DNA of 64,000 nucleotides from an uncultured Methanosarcinaceae archaeon (GTDB taxonomy: Archaea; Halobacteriota; Methanosarcinia; Methanosarcinales; Methanosarcinaceae), in NCBI GenBank assembly GCA_963847185.1, contig CAWJYV010000007.1, forward strand, positions 64,001-128,000. The letters run 5' to 3'. Below, piece by piece: positions 60,648 to 64,000 of the stretch. The notes under the pieces were generated by a model that was not told where the DNA came from, made no database searches, and was given only the letters and a program-made list of their open reading frames with translations. The first letter of the stretch is position 1. Each line of letters starts with the position of its first letter. The translations under genes and the position numbers were made by a program.

Positions 60648-60857
60648 GTCAAAGGTAAGAAGAAAGGAAGTCCAAAAACTAAAACAAAACCAAATAAAAC
60701 AAAGAGAACGAGAAGTAAGCAGACAAAAGTCAAAGAAAACAAACAGAAAAAACGAGAAGTAAAAGACAAAAAATTACGGAAAAAAAGAAGCTAAAGAAGG
60801 TAATAAAGAAAATAAGAATATAAAGAAGGCAAAAGACAAGAAGGGGTAAAGAAGAAG

Positions 60858-60985
60858 TTTGTCTTTCTTCTGCTTTGTCTTTCTTCTGCTTTGTCTTTCT
60901 TCTGCTTTGTCTTTCTTCTGCTTTGTCTTTTCTTCTGCTTTTGTTTTTCTTCTGCTTTGTTTTTCTTCTGCTTTGTTTTTGTCCT
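60858..60985. repeat. 16-17-bp pyrimidine-rich tandem repeat (TTTGTCTTTCTTCTGC), about 7 copies
   Basis: directly visible; preceded by a ~200-bp A/G-rich tract. Confidence 0.9.
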
Positions 60986-61001
60986 GTTTTCTCCTCTTCT
61001 A

Positions 61002-63521
61002 TTACCCTTTATATGGGCTTTCAAGAACTTCTCTTATCCTTGCCGCTGCTTTTGGTCCTATTAATTTTACCTTCCTGAGTTCTTCGGTATTAGCCTTCAT
61101 AACAGCCTCAACAGAGCCGAAATGTAAAAGAAGGTTTCTTGCGGCTTTTGGCCCTATGTTTGAGATAGAAGAAATCAGGTATTCCTGCTGTTCAGCAAGA
61201 GTACTGGCTGACTTTTTTCCATGAGGGTTGATTTCACGCTTATTTTCGGTCTGCTCACGTTTTGCAAGCATTTTCAAGATCGCGGCTGTCTCTTCCTCAT
61301 CTCTTGAGTTGAGAATCGAGACCCCAAAATCAATCGCAATAGACACAAGGGAACCGTAAATCGCATTAGGATTAAGCTGTCTGCAAGTAAAAAGGTCTTG
61401 TCCTTCAATAATAAGGACAGGTTTTTCATATACTCTCGAAAGGTCTGAAAGTTGAGCAAAAAGATTACGTTTTCCATCGATAAGGGAACTTGCAAAGTCA
61501 TCTGCGCGTTTTCTCTCTACAGCCAGACGGTCGCTTACAACGTAATCCCCTATTTCAAGAGCTGCGAATCTGAGTTCCATCCCTAGCCTGTCCAGAACTT
61601 TTGCAACCCCGCTCTTTGTTTCCCTGTGATCGATCACTATTCTCAGGATTTCTGGTTCTCCGGAAGGTTCTATTCCTGAAGATCCTATTTCGGATATTCC
61701 TGCTTTATTTACAGCTTTCCTTCCGGAAAGAGCGGCGAAATCTACAAGAGTTTTTTGTCTTTCCTTCAGGTTTTCATCTGTATTTTTTATTATGTTTTCT
61801 TCAATATTTAATTCTAGATCTCTGTCCGCAGAGTCTACAGAGTTTTTACTGCTGGTTTCATCTACAGTCGCATTTTGGACTTCTTCCAGTGACGGCTTTG
61901 AGTTTGAAGCAGGGAGTAAGCTTTCAAAATTCGAAAGCTCCAGGCTTTTCCTTGATCCCTTCGGGCCCAAAACAGCTTCAAGCCCGTGCATGCTGTTCAG
62001 CATCCTTTTTTCCTTATTTTTGCTGCTCCAGAAGTAGGCTTCATCCCTTGTGCCCTTTGTCACGAGCACAATCACTCTGCCTTTTTGCTGCCTGCCGGTT
62101 CTGCCTTTGCGCTGGATGCTGCGGATTTCCGAGGGAATGGGTTCGTAGAACAAAACCATGTCCGTGGAAGGAATGTCAAGTCCTTCTTCGGCAACTGAAG
62201 TGGCTACAAGTACGTTATATTCCCCTGCCCTGAATTTATCGAGAATTTCAGCCTGCTGCTTTTGCGTAAGTCCTTTGTCTTTATGGCGTGAACCCTGGCC
62301 TACAAAGCGAATAGGAACAACTCCAGAAGCTTCAGAAAGGGCATTTGCCACTATCTCGGCAGTGTCCCTGTAGTTAGTAAATACAATTACTCTCGAATCA
62401 GGATTTTCTGCAAGCTGCTCGGATACGATTTTCCGTGCAAGTCCAAGTTTTGGATGTTCGACATCACACTCTTTTACCCTGTACAGGGCTTTTCTCATGT
62501 AGAGGTCGTTCATAAGCCTTTTCGAAGCTTTGCTCGCGCTGCTTGAGGAGGCTTCGGCATCCAGCTTTTCCAGATACTTTCTTAGAGTCTCAAGTCCCTG
62601 CGTTTCCACCATTTCCACGGCATGATTTACCTTCATCATCTCAGCGACCACTGACATTGCAGAGAATATAGCTGGATCTCCTCCTATTCGGATTTCCCCC
62701 TGAAGCTGCTTCTGGAGAAGCAGAAGGTCTTTCTTGGAGATGTATTTCCCACTGCCTGCAGAAAAACCCAGGTTCTTTATGATTCCAAGCCGGTCGTCAA
62801 GGATTTTTTCCAGGTAACCCCGGATTTCGGCCATCTCGGCAGGGAGCAGGACCTGAAGCCACTCTATTTCTTTTTCCTGCACGTAAGGGCGGACATCCCT
62901 GTCTTTCTCGGTTTTCACGGCTACATTTTCAACATGTAAAGCCTGGCAGACCTCTGCGATTTTTTCGTCTGAACTGCCAGGGCTTGCGGTAATTCCGAGC
63001 ACATGGGGATTTTTCGCGCTCTCGAAATACTTTTCCGCAATAAAAGTATAAGCATAATTTCCGACTGCCCTGTGGGCTTCGTCAAAGGTGATATGGCTGA
63101 CATCTTCAAGGCTGATCCGTTTTGTAAGCAGATCGTTTTCAATCACCTGAGGGGTTGATACTATCAACCTCCCCTGTGCCCAGAGCTTTTCCCGTTCTGC
63201 AGGGGCAATACTACCCGTAAACGCTAAAATTTCTTCTTCCGGAAGAGCCATTACTTTTTTAAAAAAAGCCGCATGCTGGTCTACAAGAGGCTTTGTAGGG
63301 GAAAGAATCAGGGCTTTTCCCCCGAAGCGCTGGAGCCTGGAAGCAATCACAAAAAGAGCTATGATAGTTTTTCCCAGGCCTGTGGGGAGTACGACCAGGC
63401 TTGACCCCTCAAGAGCTTTTCCTGCCAGGTTTAGCTGGTAGAGCCTCTGCTCAACAGTATCGGGTTTTATCAGCGGGTGCTTCATGCATGCCGGTTTCTC
63501 AGGAAAAAGACTCTCGTTCAT
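61002..63521 (-). CDS. hef: Hef helicase/nuclease (FANCM/XPF homolog)
   Basis: LPTGLGKT, DEAH, TAS, QRKGRTGR, ERCC4 GDY..ERK, HhH pair. Confidence 0.95.
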   Translation of the reverse strand: MNESLFPEKPACMKHPLIKPDTVEQRLYQLNLAGKALEGSSLVVLPTGLGKTIIALFVIASRLQRFGGKALILSPTKPLVDQHAAFFKKVMALPEEEILAFTGSIAPAEREKLWAQGRLIVSTPQVIENDLLTKRISLEDVSHITFDEAHRAVGNYAYTFIAEKYFESAKNPHVLGITASPGSSDEKIAEVCQALHVENVAVKTEKDRDVRPYVQEKEIEWLQVLLPAEMAEIRGYLEKILDDRLGIIKNLGFSAGSGKYISKKDLLLLQKQLQGEIRIGGDPAIFSAMSVVAEMMKVNHAVEMVETQGLETLRKYLEKLDAEASSSSASKASKRLMNDLYMRKALYRVKECDVEHPKLGLARKIVSEQLAENPDSRVIVFTNYRDTAEIVANALSEASGVVPIRFVGQGSRHKDKGLTQKQQAEILDKFRAGEYNVLVATSVAEEGLDIPSTDMVLFYEPIPSEIRSIQRKGRTGRQQKGRVIVLVTKGTRDEAYFWSSKNKEKRMLNSMHGLEAVLGPKGSRKSLELSNFESLLPASNSKPSLEEVQNATVDETSSKNSVDSADRDLELNIEENIIKNTDENLKERQKTLVDFAALSGRKAVNKAGISEIGSSGIEPSGEPEILRIVIDHRETKSGVAKVLDRLGMELRFAALEIGDYVVSDRLAVERKRADDFASSLIDGKRNLFAQLSDLSRVYEKPVLIIEGQDLFTCRQLNPNAIYGSLVSIAIDFGVSILNSRDEEETAAILKMLAKREQTENKREINPHGKKSASTLAEQQEYLISSISNIGPKAARNLLLHFGSVEAVMKANTEELRKVKLIGPKAAARIREVLESPYKG

Positions 63522-63716
63522 TTTGCTTCAGGATTATTTTTCTGGCGTATTTTATTTCGGGATTATTTATTTCGTGTATTTTCCAGATTAATTGTTACAG
63601 GGCTTTAATTCCATTATAAAAAAGTAATATTAGTGATAAAAATTAAAAGTTTTGCTGTGGGATCTTTTTACCCACAGCTCAGGAAATCAGAATATTCCTG
63701 ATACCTTTGACTTAAT

Positions 63717-64000
63717 TTAGAAATTAAAAGGTTTGCCTGCGGATTCGAAATTTCTGCCCCTATAGATCAGTTCATAAAGCATGTTTTCGATTCCTTCGAT
63801 CGGAGCTCTTACCTGGCGCATGGAATCTCTGTCCCTGATGGTTACAGTCCCATCTTCAAGGGTGTCGTAGTCCACGGTAACTGAGTAAGGGGTCCCGATT
63901 TCGTCATTTCTCCTGTAGCGGCGCCCGATAGTTCCGGAGTCATCGTAATTGACAAGCAGGGTTTTTTCCCTTAGTTTTGCGACAATTTCTTTTGCAGGGT
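63717..64000 (-). CDS. glyS: glycyl-tRNA synthetase, C-terminal anticodon-binding domain (partial, runs off the window)
   Basis: [45 protein letters not shown], translated by hand. Confidence 0.93.
   Translation of the reverse strand, partial: PAKEIVAKLREKTLLVNYDDSGTIGRRYRRNDEIGTPYSVTVDYDTLEDGTVTIRDRDSMRQVRAPIEGIENMLYELIYRGRNFESAGKPFNF

Noticed and set aside
60557-61224. Lys-rich and Phe/Leu/Cys-rich ORFs
   Set aside because: low-complexity translations of the purine/pyrimidine tracts

Overview
Archaeal chromosomal window, almost certainly Methanosarcina (sepS, DUF1608 S-layer protein, core methionine synthases, porCDAB, long AT-rich intergenic regions). Mostly housekeeping: porCDAB, dus, signal peptidase, PolD small subunit, taw1, aRF1, argS, two core methionine synthases, tRNA-Lys(CTT), three TRAM genes, an Ssu/Tau-type ABC transporter with a divergent regulator, S-layer protein, thiL, nrdH-nrdD-nrdG, radB, ino1, mtnA, secG, a MutS-like ATPase, a ppk1-ppx-CYTH/CHAD polyphosphate cluster, a cdc6 paralog, thermosome, sepS, hef and the end of glyS. 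The first 2.3 kb is a mobile-DNA hotspot (tandem array, intact frameshifting IS1, a 199-bp MITE). The most intriguing unexplained element lies upstream of the release factor gene: a ~165-nt rod-like hairpin spanning a small ORF with two in-frame UAG codons, whose start and stop regions pair with each other. It is a candidate amber/pyrrolysine-sensing leader; this is inference and untested. All family assignments come from motif recognition by eye; no database search or folding program was run.
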